Source: Iphione sp. A-MEVVRFRX5
Taxonomy: Eukaryota
NCBI GenBank assembly: GCA_976226885.1
Contig: OZ320317.1
Coordinates: 46,810,001-46,874,000 of the forward strand
Direction: 5' to 3'
DNA: 64,000 bases
The notes under the pieces are model-generated. The model was not told the DNA's origin, did no database searches, and saw only the letters and a list, made by a program, of their open reading frames with translations. Shown in pieces: positions 1-9,938 of the stretch (positions are counted from its first letter, which is position 1; each line of letters opens with the position of its first letter). The position numbers and the translations under genes were made by a program.

Positions 1-44
1 TATGGAGAGATTCCACAATCCACTTTATTGCCATATTTTCAGGA

Positions 45-245
45 ATTAAATGCATCTTTAGCATGACCTCCAGAATTATTTTCCACTCTTTCATAAACTC
101 AGTGTATCTTTAGCCAAGCCTCCTGTAATATATTGTATTTGCCACTTTTCAAAAATTAACTGTATCTTTAGCAGTAATTCTGGAAATATTTGCCACTTTT
201 TCATGAATCAAATGCATCTTTAGCATGGCCTCCAGAAATGTTCCT
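45..245. repeat. Degenerate ~52-58 bp tandem repeat
   Basis: Core TG(C/T)ATCTTTAGC recurs at about 51, 103, 161 and 213 with similar flanks. Confidence 0.45.
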
Positions 246-360
246 TTTTTCCTTTATATTAATTTGATGGAAGACCTCCAACACTGCCCTATTGTGTTCT
301 TGTTAAAAATTTAATTATGCCCATCTATAATACTGTATAAAGTTCTTACACCTCTCCATG

Positions 361-540
361 TTCTCTCCCGGCCTTGGCCATCCTCCTACCGCTCCTAGCA
401 GCCCTCTCACCTCGTCAGGTTCTCCTCCGGCCTTGGCCATCCTCCTGCCACTCATAGAAGCCCTCTCACCTCATCAGGTGCCCCTCTTAGCCTTAGCCAT
501 CCTCCTGCCGCTCCTAGAAGCCCTCACATCTCGTCAGGCA
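361..540. repeat. 60-bp minisatellite, 3 copies
   Basis: Units 361-420, 421-480 and 481-540 share CCTT(G/A)GCCATCCTCCT..C(C/T)CT..C.C.TC(G/A)TCAGG. The 358..546 ORF only reflects this repeat. Confidence 0.85.
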
Positions 541-549
541 ACTTAAATT

Positions 550-672
550 GTTGTAAAATGGTTGCAAACGTTTTAACCAATTAAAGACGTTCTTAAAATA
601 TTGTAAAATGGTTGCAAACATTGTAACCAAAATAACGTTATGAAACGTTTTTAAAACATTGTGTGCTGGCTA
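550..672. mobile_element. Terminal fragment of a non-autonomous DNA transposon (MITE-like)
   Basis: TTGTAAAATGGTTGCAAAC occurs twice and the segment ends in TTGTGTGCTGGC, resembling the GTGTGC(C)NGCTGGG termini at 2017 and 11715. Confidence 0.35.
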
Positions 673-799
673 GGACAGTAGCTCTCTTCCACATCTGTAC
701 AAAATATCCTGAAACAAAACGTTACCTCTGTTGACAAAACTGCATTTATTGACATAATATATTCCTATGTTTTAAGTATTTTCTTTGATATATTAATAA

Positions 800-1090
800 C
801 CATGGTCGTGTTGGAAAGATAATCAATTACTTTGAACCCCGAACCTTCTTGATCAAACAAGATAAAGTGTTGAAATATTCAATTTTGATCATCTTTATCA
901 AGTTTGTGAGTTTCATACGCCCAAAAAGCCCCCTTCTAGACGGATTCTGCCCTCTAAGCCACAGCTGGGATATTGAGGATGAGGCCCATTTTCTGGTAGA
1001 CTGTGTAACCTACCAAAAACCACAGGAGAAGTTCTTTGAACATGTATACAAGAAAATCTTTCACAAACTTTGGTAACCTCTGCAGTAAAG
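800..1090 (+). mobile_element. 3' remnant of a non-LTR retrotransposon ORF2
   Basis: ORF 849..1076 contains CPL...IEDEAHFLVDCVTY, the C..C...EDExHFLxxC motif typical of LINE ORF2 C-termini. Confidence 0.55.
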
Positions 1091-1108
1091 ACGTGTTTAT
1101 CTTCTTAA

Positions 1109-1990
1109 TTACAGATGAAGGCCAACTAAAGCCCGTGCCAGTGTCATAAAAGTTTCAATTTTCACCCTGTAACACACCTGCATGTCGATAATCCCATTTG
1201 TCTCTATAGCCTTTATCTCTTTAGCAGATTTTGACAGGTATTCATTGACATCTTGTGGCTTAGACTTTCCAACCCAGAGGCCTATAATAGATGGTTCAGG
1301 ATTTTCCTCCTTTTGAATTAAACTTAAATTTGGCCAGAATGATTCAGAGATGCTTTTGAATAGTGGAAGGCAATCAATATTCACTTGGAACAAACTTTCA
1401 TTATTATTACTAACAATTGTATTACATGTACATAATTTTATTGAGCTAGGTCTTCATCCCTTCCTTAAATCAAAAATGGTGGTAATGCCCTGCAGCAATA
1501 TTCTGGATGTCATAATGTGTGCTTAATTTGAAGGAGAGTGTGCCCATTGTGAGGTAAACTGGGAAAATATGGTTGTAAAATGGGTAACAAGCTATTAGTC
1601 TGATTACGTGGGGTTGAGCTCTGAAAGACCATTCTCGTAGCCATTACCAGATATCTGGCGCTCGTTGTCACTGTTATCATTATCCTAACCATGGCTAAAA
1701 AGGTCATTATCAATATCTTCAGCATAATACTCAGGAGCAGCATCACTATAATTGTCTTCATCACATTCCAAGTGGCATGTAGACCAAAAGTCTGTCACTT
1801 CAGGTCAAGGATAAGGGTGTTGCAAGCTGGCATCGGGTGAAAATACACCATGGTGGATGGCCTCTTGGTTATCAACATCTGAGGGCATGCTATTCCTTCC
1901 TACAACATCAAAACCTAACTCCAATATTAGTGCTGCTCTTACAACAGCTTGACACTGGATACTTCTATTGTTAGTTAGAATTGTGTCTGG
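1109..1990 (-). mobile_element. Decayed CACTA/EnSpm-like transposase
   Basis: Fragments LLPILQPYFPSLP..HTLL (1510..1764) and FWPNL...IIGLWVGKSKPQDVNEYL..EIKAIETNG...LARAL (1109..1393) resemble the LPxDxRTLL and WPIL..GxxKP..EL..L..G..D.PARA motifs of animal EnSpm-like transposases. Frameshifted. Confidence 0.55.
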
Positions 1991-2016
1991 ACACTTCTAT
2001 CATTAGTTAGAACTGT

Positions 2017-2409
2017 CCCAGCAGGCACACCACGTGGTGGCCACGTGGTCCCATGGTTGCCCTGCCACGTGGCCGTCAGGTGGCCAAAAGGTGCTATTTG
2101 CAACAAGGTTTTGGTGGTGGCCACGTGGCAATGCCACGTGGTGGCCACGTGGTGTCAACGTGGTGCCATGTGGTGGCTACGTGGCACTGCCACGTCACAG
2201 CCATGTGGCATTGACATGTCATTGCCACGTGGCATTGCCACGTGGCATTGCCACGTTGTGGCCATGTGGCACTGCCACATTGTGGCCACGTGGAACACCC
2301 ACTTGGCCATAGCCAGATCCTTGTTGCAAATACCACCTTTGACCACCTGATGGCCATGTGGCAGGGCAGCCATGGGACAACTTGGCCACTACACGGTATG
2401 CTTGTTCCC
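2017..2409. mobile_element. Foldback MITE with internal CCACGTGG repeats
   Basis: The left arm (~2017-2108, CCCAGCAGGCACAC...GCAACAAGG) is the imperfect reverse complement of the right arm (~2319-2409). The centre is ~11-bp (C/T)GCCACGTGG-like repeats. Confidence 0.8.
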
Positions 2410-2573
2410 GCTCTAGTTAAGGGCAGAGTTTCCTTGGTGATATTCCTCAATGTTCATCAAAGTATTATGGCCAAAGGGCAAATATTGAAGTTGCTGTCTA
2501 GTGTTAAATTTTTTAGTCACTATTTGTCCATTATTCAACAACCAACAAATTATTTTGAAAAAGCTGTTAATTC

Positions 2574-3379
2574 TTATTTTAGGTCTGAAATTCTAAGCTT
2601 AAATATATGATAAACTGCTTCCTTCAGATTCTCTATTATCAATTTCCTATGCCTTAATATTTTTTGAAAAGATGGTCCTTCATCTGATCTAAGCAGTTTA
2701 TTGTTAACTTCTCCCAATAAGACAACAAAACAAAGAGAAATAATATTTTGTATAAATCCTTTATATCTGAACTTGGCTTCACACACAAGAGAAGGCCTTG
2801 GACCACACACAATGTCAAATAATTGTGATGTACATTGACTTCAGTGAAGAGATACACAGGAATTATATACCTGGAACATACAAAACAGTTATGTGAGATA
2901 ATACATTTATAAGGCATCAAAGGGGGCATGGGAGGTCATCAGGCAGGTTGTCCTGTAATCCAAATGTGCAGGAGACACTCAGCTATGTGTGCCTCAGAAT
3001 GAGAGGTCGACTGATACAACATAGATATATGTAGACAGTGGACTGGTGGTGACCTCTGTGATGGCATTGATGCATTACCACCTTCATCTGCATCTTATTT
3101 CTTCAAAAAGATCAGAGTTTATAGCTCCATGATCTTGTCTTCCTCCACTTCCTTTTGCCTGTCTTGTACTTGGCTTCTTTAGTTCTGACAAGCTACCTTT
3201 TTGGGAGCATGTTTTAGATATTCTCCCATTGCTGTAGCAACCTGTGTTTCTGTGGTCTCCAGATGCTTTGCTAACACTGTGTCTGAAGTCAAAAAACAAA
3301 TTGAATATTCATGAAACATCCAGAAGTTGTCTTCCACAAGCAAGTTTATCAATGATCTTTTTATTGTGCTTTGCTGCAT
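2574..3379 (-). mobile_element. Decayed DNA-transposon coding remnants (accessory ORF, DUF4806-like)
   Basis: 3179..3379 ends in ...VATAMGEYLKHAPKK, similar to C-termini of EnSpm-like accessory ORFs. 2574-2929 has HHNYL..GP...EAK-like fragments. Same strand as the transposase remnant. Confidence 0.3.
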
Positions 3380-3499
3380 TTAGCAAATCTGAGTGGTAGG
3401 CATGAACATAATTTGGACTCCTGAATAAAGGAGAGTTGATACTTTAATGATAAATCAATGCATATAATAATATGTGAAAAGTATTTGAAGCTCTTATAC

Positions 3500-4194
3500 G
3501 GACTAACACATTCACACAACATAAAATATCTGGACACATTTTTGAAAGGTAGGATTACAGGTAGTAATATATATGTGGTAGTACCAAATATAAACAGGCC
3601 CTATATTACACTGGGGAGTGAGACTGTCTAACACATGTACATCACATAAAATATCTGGACACATTTTTGAAAGGTATGATTATGGGTAGTAATATATATG
3701 TGGTTGTACTACATATAAAACAGGCCCTATCCTACACTGGGGAGTTAGACTGACTAACACATGTACATCACATAAAGTATCTAGACACATTTTTGATGGG
3801 TAGGATTACAGGTAGTAATATATATGTGGTAGTATCACATATAAACAGGCCCTATCCTACATGGGTGAGTTAGACTGACTAAAATATGTACACCACATTG
3901 AATATCTGGACACATTTTTGAAAGGTAGGATTATAGGTTGTAATATATATGTGGTAGTACTACATATAAAACAGGCCCTATCCTACACTGGGGAGTTAGA
4001 CTGACTAACATATGTACATCACATAAAATATCTAGACACATTTTTTAAGGTATGATTATGGGTAGTAATATATATGTGGTAGTACTACATATAAAACAGG
4101 CCCTATCCTACACTGGGGAGTGAGACTGACTAATACATGTACATCACATAAAATATCTGGACACATTTTTGAAAGGTAGGATTACTGGTGGTAA
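3500..4194. repeat. 125-126 bp tandem satellite, ~5.5 copies
   Basis: Unit start ACATAAAATATCT(G/A)GACACA at about 3519, 3644, 3770, 3895, 4021 and 4146. The last unit is interrupted at ~4194 and resumes at 10809-10827 (ATATATATGTGGTAGTACC). Confidence 0.92.
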
Positions 4195-4378
4195 GATGGT
4201 GCGTAACGAGTAGAAGTTCACGTCTGGTGCTCTCCCAGAACAGTCATTTTCAAGCTATGGGGAAGCGATCGGAAATTACTCGCCGGTAACAAGGTCTACC
4301 GACAGGCGGCTCAGATCAAACTCGTTAAATGATCAAAGGAAGCCGACTGAAAGAGGAACCGCCGATAGAAGTGGGGAG

Positions 4379-5851
4379 GTGAGCGACAAAGAGGGTAATG
4401 GCGACCAGAGGGGACGGTTGGTAAACAATGGCAGTGAGCCGAGCGGGCCAGTCAGTGGTGCAAAGTCTGCGTCAAAGGAAGGCCCACCTAATACCAACAA
4501 GCCGGATCATATGGAGACACCCCATAACACCCAAACCAACGCCAGAGGCCATGAGAATACAAATAATACACCCAAACCGACAGACCAAGACGATGTGCCG
4601 GTCCCGACGCCGACTGACAACCCGCCAGACAAGATACCTGATGTGAGAGGTCCAGGGACTAAAGTAAGTGGAGAGAGCTGCATATGCAACCGTAAAAGTG
4701 ACAAGCTTGCAGAGGAACTGAAAAATCTAAGAGCACACATAAGCAAAGAACTAGCAGAACTCAAACAGCTCACAACACCAAAGGGGGAGCTGGATAATCG
4801 AGTAAATAATAGGATAGACACAGCCCTGAAGTTATCAGAAGAAAAGATCATGAGTAACATCGACAGAACCGAGACAACTCTGCAACTGCTCACAAGAGAA
4901 TGTGAGAACATAAAACTAGATCTCATCCGCCTCGAGGTTAAGGATAGATGCAGAAGGTTAGTCGTGGATGGAATCAGTTTGAATGGAAACGAGAGACCCG
5001 GGCCAATTATAAACAAAATATTGTGGGACGTGGCGGGTATCAAGGCGAAAGAGATTGAAGATGTGAAAGGGTACACCAGGACAGACAGCAAATGCAGGAT
5101 AGGGGTTCTGTTAACATCGATTGAGGCCCGAAATTTAGTATTAAAAAGTAAAGGCAAACTGAGTAGGACAGCTGAATATAAAGGGGTATTCATTACTGAA
5201 GATCTCCCCCTCAGCGCCCTACCGTATAGCAACAAACAAAGGCGACTGACGGCAAAGGCTCGCGAGTGTGGGAAACGCGCGACGGTGCGTGGCCTGGACT
5301 TGATAGTGGAGAGTGAGCGCTTCACGCCGCAGGACTATGACTATCTACCCGAGTATTTACGAGAAGAGAGGATAAGTGTACACGAAACGGATCATACCTA
5401 CAGATTTGACAAGGATCATAGTAAATTGTCGACACTAGCCTTGAATCCAACTAAAATAGAGGGAAAAATATTTGCTTCACTGGAAGCAGCATTGACCTAC
5501 TTAAAATCGCGCACTTGCCGTGATCTGCGAGCTGAGCGGGAGACAAACAGACTGCGATCGAGCGAGGAGGCGAAACGGGTTGGCGAAAAACTTGGAAATC
5601 CAGAGGCATGGGCATCAAGTTTAGAGGTAAATCTTGAACTGGTGATGCGGGCGATGTTTCTGTCGAATGATGATTGCAGATCGGTGCTGTTAGCCACACA
5701 AGGGAAGGAAATAATTTATGATGATGCCGACACATTGCTGGGAAGTGGGAAACTGCTAGCCGGTGAGGATACGGAGGCGGCGCAAGAAGGGAAGAACTTA
5801 CTTGGTGTTACTTTAACCCGTATCAGAGATGACTGGCTAGATAACCATTAA
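4379..5851 (+). CDS. LINE ORF1p: low-complexity N-terminus, coiled coil, RRM-like region, C-terminal NADAR (YbiA-like) domain
   Basis: 490-aa open frame. Heptad-rich region; RRLVVDGI...VFITEDLP is typical of the CR1/L1-type ORF1 RRM-CTD. Residues from nt ~5396 follow the YbiA/NADAR pattern (P.KIEGK.F.SLE, EAKRVG, W, RSVLLAT, D..LGSG, GKNLLG..L..IR). The ORF-track start is GTG. The true start may be ATG 4257 (MGKRSEITRR) with a frameshift near 4285, since the frame is open from 4214. Confidence 0.85.
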   Translation: MSDKEGNGDQRGRLVNNGSEPSGPVSGAKSASKEGPPNTNKPDHMETPHNTQTNARGHENTNNTPKPTDQDDVPVPTPTDNPPDKIPDVRGPGTKVSGESCICNRKSDKLAEELKNLRAHISKELAELKQLTTPKGELDNRVNNRIDTALKLSEEKIMSNIDRTETTLQLLTRECENIKLDLIRLEVKDRCRRLVVDGISLNGNERPGPIINKILWDVAGIKAKEIEDVKGYTRTDSKCRIGVLLTSIEARNLVLKSKGKLSRTAEYKGVFITEDLPLSALPYSNKQRRLTAKARECGKRATVRGLDLIVESERFTPQDYDYLPEYLREERISVHETDHTYRFDKDHSKLSTLALNPTKIEGKIFASLEAALTYLKSRTCRDLRAERETNRLRSSEEAKRVGEKLGNPEAWASSLEVNLELVMRAMFLSNDDCRSVLLATQGKEIIYDDADTLLGSGKLLAGEDTEAAQEGKNLLGVTLTRIRDDWLDNH

Positions 5852-5873
5852 CCACTGTCTGTGACAACTACTC

Positions 5874-6632
5874 ATGCTGATGGTGAATGTTGTAACATAC
5901 TTAACATCGGTTTTCCTTTTCTCTGTCACTCCAGCAATGGTAATGAGACATCCACGCATTAGACGATCGACACATATGACAAGGATCTTGATCATATCGG
6001 ACTGCAGGTCTGTAGGTGGCATGAAGCTACTACGTGATCAACAACATCTGTTGCCGCCGACAAATATACACGTTATCACAATCAAGCGTTGCTCGTACAG
6101 ACGTGTAATCAAGTGGCTCAGCTATAGTGAAACTCAGCGGTATCACCTGGTCCTGACTACAGTGGGTATGCATGACTGGGTGCGCATGGAGACGGGCCAG
6201 TGGACAACGTGGACGGGCAGACCAGCAGAATACTCGGATCGTCCCCGCCATGACTTGAGGGTGATCCAGAGCATGGTGGAAAATGGCCCGGGTGTTGGTA
6301 CACACCTGGTTCATGCGACTGCTGCTGCAGTGGACTTCGAAGCGATGGAACCGGACTCCTGCGATGAACTCGAACAAGCAAAGATCGAGGCAGCGGTAAC
6401 TATACACAACATGTGCAGTGAGTACTCGGCAGCGCGGCTAGGTCTGTCTCCCTGCAGATTTGATGCCCCTGTGACATCAAATGTGAGAGGGAATGCCATA
6501 AGTGACTGGTCAAAATTAGCTACTGATGGTATATCACCAACCGCAGGGACTGATGCAGAGTGGTCTTATTCGCTAAGAATTTTCCTCCGGGAATACATTA
6601 GGGAATACGGACATCAACACCTATCGGACTAG
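5874..6632 (+). CDS. LINE middle ORF, degenerate SGNH/GDSL-hydrolase-like protein
   Basis: 252-aa intact ORF. RILIISDCRS, VGMHD and TDGISPT are spaced like SGNH blocks I (GDS), III (GxND) and V (DxxHP), with catalytic Ser and His replaced. Confidence 0.6.
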   Translation: MLMVNVVTYLTSVFLFSVTPAMVMRHPRIRRSTHMTRILIISDCRSVGGMKLLRDQQHLLPPTNIHVITIKRCSYRRVIKWLSYSETQRYHLVLTTVGMHDWVRMETGQWTTWTGRPAEYSDRPRHDLRVIQSMVENGPGVGTHLVHATAAAVDFEAMEPDSCDELEQAKIEAAVTIHNMCSEYSAARLGLSPCRFDAPVTSNVRGNAISDWSKLATDGISPTAGTDAEWSYSLRIFLREYIREYGHQHLSD

Positions 6633-7205
6633 TAGCTGATCATATTTCTGTGTTGTGATACGATATCACATACTGTCTTCAGACATTCAAATATTCAAGA
6701 TGAACTGTGATTGCCATAGGACGTTGAGTGCGAACAAGTTGGTTTAATCATAAGCTATTGGCATTAGAAAGACTATATATGCTAGGTACTACAATGACAA
6801 GATGTAGTTGGCTGTCTGACATGCCTATATGCAGATATCATATTTTTTACTATCCTAGTAACAGATCTACTTATTCTAAATTGCTAGCTCTGTGTGACTG
6901 TTCCAGGGGGGCACTAGCATACTTCACACTGGCATACTATCCTATTGATATACGCAAGACATTATTTTGTCATACAGGTTTAGAATAAGAAACAGGCAAT
7001 ATGAGGGACTGGAAACATTTCCTATAGTCAGTTCGTGTGATGCATGTCGAAGTATTCCAGTTATAACATTGCATAGTGAAAGGAGTATTGAGACAGTGAA
7101 AGGAGTTTTGTGAAAGGATACTTTTATACTCAGGGTATGGTATGTTTGGTTGAGAGTCACGAAAGTTTGTCTGAAGCCTGTGTATAGTGAGCAAAGAGGT
7201 TAAAG

Positions 7206-9938
7206 ATGGCAGAGGCAGTTACATCAAGACAGAAGGGGATCAATATAATAACTTGGAATATTAGAAGCTTAGTCAAAAAGGTGGACATGGTCCAGGAATT
7301 CTTGAACTCGACCCCAGTTAATATTGCTTGCTTGACAGAATCTTGGCTAAATGAGACACACACTGACAATGACATTCATATACAGGGCTACCGGACGGTA
7401 AGGGTGGACAGACAGAGCAGCAAGAAACAACGGGAGGGGGAATCATGGTATACTTAGCAGAGGACTACACTGTACTGAGACAGGAAAAGCTGACATCTGA
7501 GCAAAGTGAAACCGAAATGATCGGCCTCAGCCTAAAAGCAGGAATGTGGAGACCTATTGACATGATTGTAGTCTATAGACCGCCAAGTGATAAGACAATA
7601 GACTCTGTGAAGGCCATTGATAAGGCTTATTCAAGCTTCATGACCAAAGGGAGGAGAGATCATATTGTCATAGGGGATATGAACTTTGACTATCACGAGG
7701 GTGGTAGGCTAGGGACTGGTATAACAAACCTTCTAGCTGGCAAGGGGTTCACGCAAATAGTCACTGATGGTACTATGGTGGCTTCGAACCACATCCTTGA
7801 CCAGATTTGGGTGGATTTTCACGGAGCACACTATTATGGCACAATGATGGAGTTCCTCAGTGACCATCTTCCCGTAGGGTTTGTTCTAAAAAAGGGAGGG
7901 CAATCCTGGAAGCGAACACCAGTAAAAACCAGGAGATGGGGTTCTGTCGACATTGAACAGTTAGAGAAAACGGTACGTGACACGGGGCTGGTTGACACGA
8001 GTGGGGACCATGAGGGTGCATGGGACGACTTTGTGGAGGGAGTAAGAACTGAGCTGATCCAAACATGTCCAGAAAGGGTGGTAAAGAAAAGGACATATGA
8101 AAATGGGTTCACTCCATCAGATGCAGTGCGCGAATTGAGTAGGGACAGGACTTACTTCTATAAGAAGTGGAAGCGGGAAGGTTCCATGGATAGCAAGAAT
8201 ATCTTCAAATTTTTGAACAAATTAGTGAGCACTGTGATGCGTGAGGAAAAGAGGGTCTTCTGGCAGTCAAAACTGAATAGGGTAGCGGGTGACCAGAAAA
8301 AGACATGGGAAGTCCTGAATAAAATCCTAAAGAAAGACATCAGGCCCTCGGTGCTACCAGACAAAGCCTCAACTGAATTGACAACAACCTTAGCGACAGC
8401 TTTCAATGAATACTTTGTTAAGGAAGTGGAAGTCTTAGCACCTCCAGATACAGAGCCGGTGAGGGTAAGGCAGGGGACCGGGAAGGACCAATTTGAGGTC
8501 ATAGCCCCAACCCCAGCAGATGTGGCCAGTCTTGTCTGCAAGATCAAGACAGATAAACCATCTGGAATTGATGGTGTCCCCATGAAAGTGATAAAGCCAC
8601 TGTTTCTAAGGGTAGCAGATTTCATTGCTTGGGTTTGGTCTGAAATCATCCGTACGGGACGGTACCCCGAAAAGTGGAAGACTGCCAGGGTCACCCCGGT
8701 ATACAAGCGTGGTGACCAAAATGTTTTGGGTAACTACCGTCCCATATCAATACATGTACTACCAATTCAAGGTAAATTATTTGAAACCTGGTTCACTCGG
8801 CAAATTATGTCATACATTGAGACAAAGTCACTGCTGAGTCTGGAGCAGCACGGCTTTCGAAAAGGGAGGGGCACGGACACAGCATTGATGGCACTGGTCA
8901 ATAATGCACAACTTCAAATGAACAGTGGAGTCTATGCCTGCATAGTGGCTTTCAACTTAAAGAAAGCCTTTGATGTTGTTCCTCACAGATTGGTAATTGA
9001 ACGGATGCATGAACTAGGAGTGGGCAGGAAAACATGCAGAATGCTAGCAGACTACCTTGCCAACAGGAAACAGTTTGTGAGATGTGAGGGGGAAGATTCA
9101 TCGCTACTCGAGGTGAGGCAAGGAGTTCCACAAGGCTTGGTCTTCGGACCGAGCGCGTTCCTACTTGTGATAGACACTCTTGTGACTCACCTCCCCAGTG
9201 GGACTTCTGCGGTACTGTACGCAGATGATCTCACTATCCTGGTGACTGGGAGGGATCTTCTGCAACTACGGGGCTTGGCCCTGAGGGTCATTGAATGCGT
9301 GTCCAAATGGTGCAGGGAAAATCACTTCATCTTGAGTGAAGGAAAGTGCTGATACACACCTCTGGGAATGGCAGCAGGCATACCGCTAGATCTGCATCTA
9401 AATGGCAAGCAGTTAGCTAGTGAAGACCCCGTAACATTCCTTGGCTATCCATTAGACGGTAAGCTCACAGGCAAAGCAGCGATGACCGTAGTTGACGTGG
9501 GTGATTCCATTCTCCAGTCGTCTGCATCTGCTCCAAACATTGGTCATGTCGCACTTAAAGTACCAGCTAGTGGCACTGTATCCACTAAGTGCATCCCATA
9601 GGGTGAAGCTTCAGATCCAGGTAAACAAATGTGCCCGAGCAGTACTCCAATGCGGGGGGTTTCTCTCAGCAGCACGTTTGCACCAGAAATTCGGTGTTCC
9701 AAGGGTAGAGAACTTGCTGGAGCAAAAAGGGGTGCAATGTGTGCATAGGCTGGTACACCTAAACCTCCTGGAGCTAGACAGGAGAACAAGAACTCGTCAA
9801 GGGGCAACCATGAGAGTGGTGGTCCCTCGTCCCAGGTCTAAGACGTTTGCTACTTCAATGCGCTATAGGGCAGTCGTGGGATGGAACGCCCTTCCATCAA
9901 ATACACGAAATGCACCCAGGCCTCCCAAGAGTATGTAG
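7206..9938 (+). pseudogene. LINE ORF2p (APE endonuclease + reverse transcriptase), disrupted
   Basis: APE motifs: TWNIRSL, CLTESWL, VYRPP, GDMN, SDHLPV. RT motifs: WKTARVTPVYK, NYRPIS, QHGFRKG, KAFD, GVPQG, YADD. C-terminus RYRAVVGWNALP. Lesions: frameshift ~7440, in-frame TGA 9350-9352, frameshift ~9490, and the catalytic Asp of D-x-x-KAFD reads Asn (FNLKKAFD). Confidence 0.93.

Noticed and set aside
2034-2610. Several overlapping 70-120 aa ORFs
   Set aside because: Artefacts of the GC-rich, stop-poor palindromic repeat array.
3500-4194. Regularly spaced repeats as a possible CRISPR array
   Set aside because: Whole 125-bp units are repeated with no unique spacers, there are no cas genes, and the context is eukaryotic; it is an ordinary satellite.
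4507-5325. 272-aa antisense ORF
   Set aside because: Shadow of ORF1 on the opposite strand with no recognisable motifs; the same applies to the antisense ORFs over ORF2.
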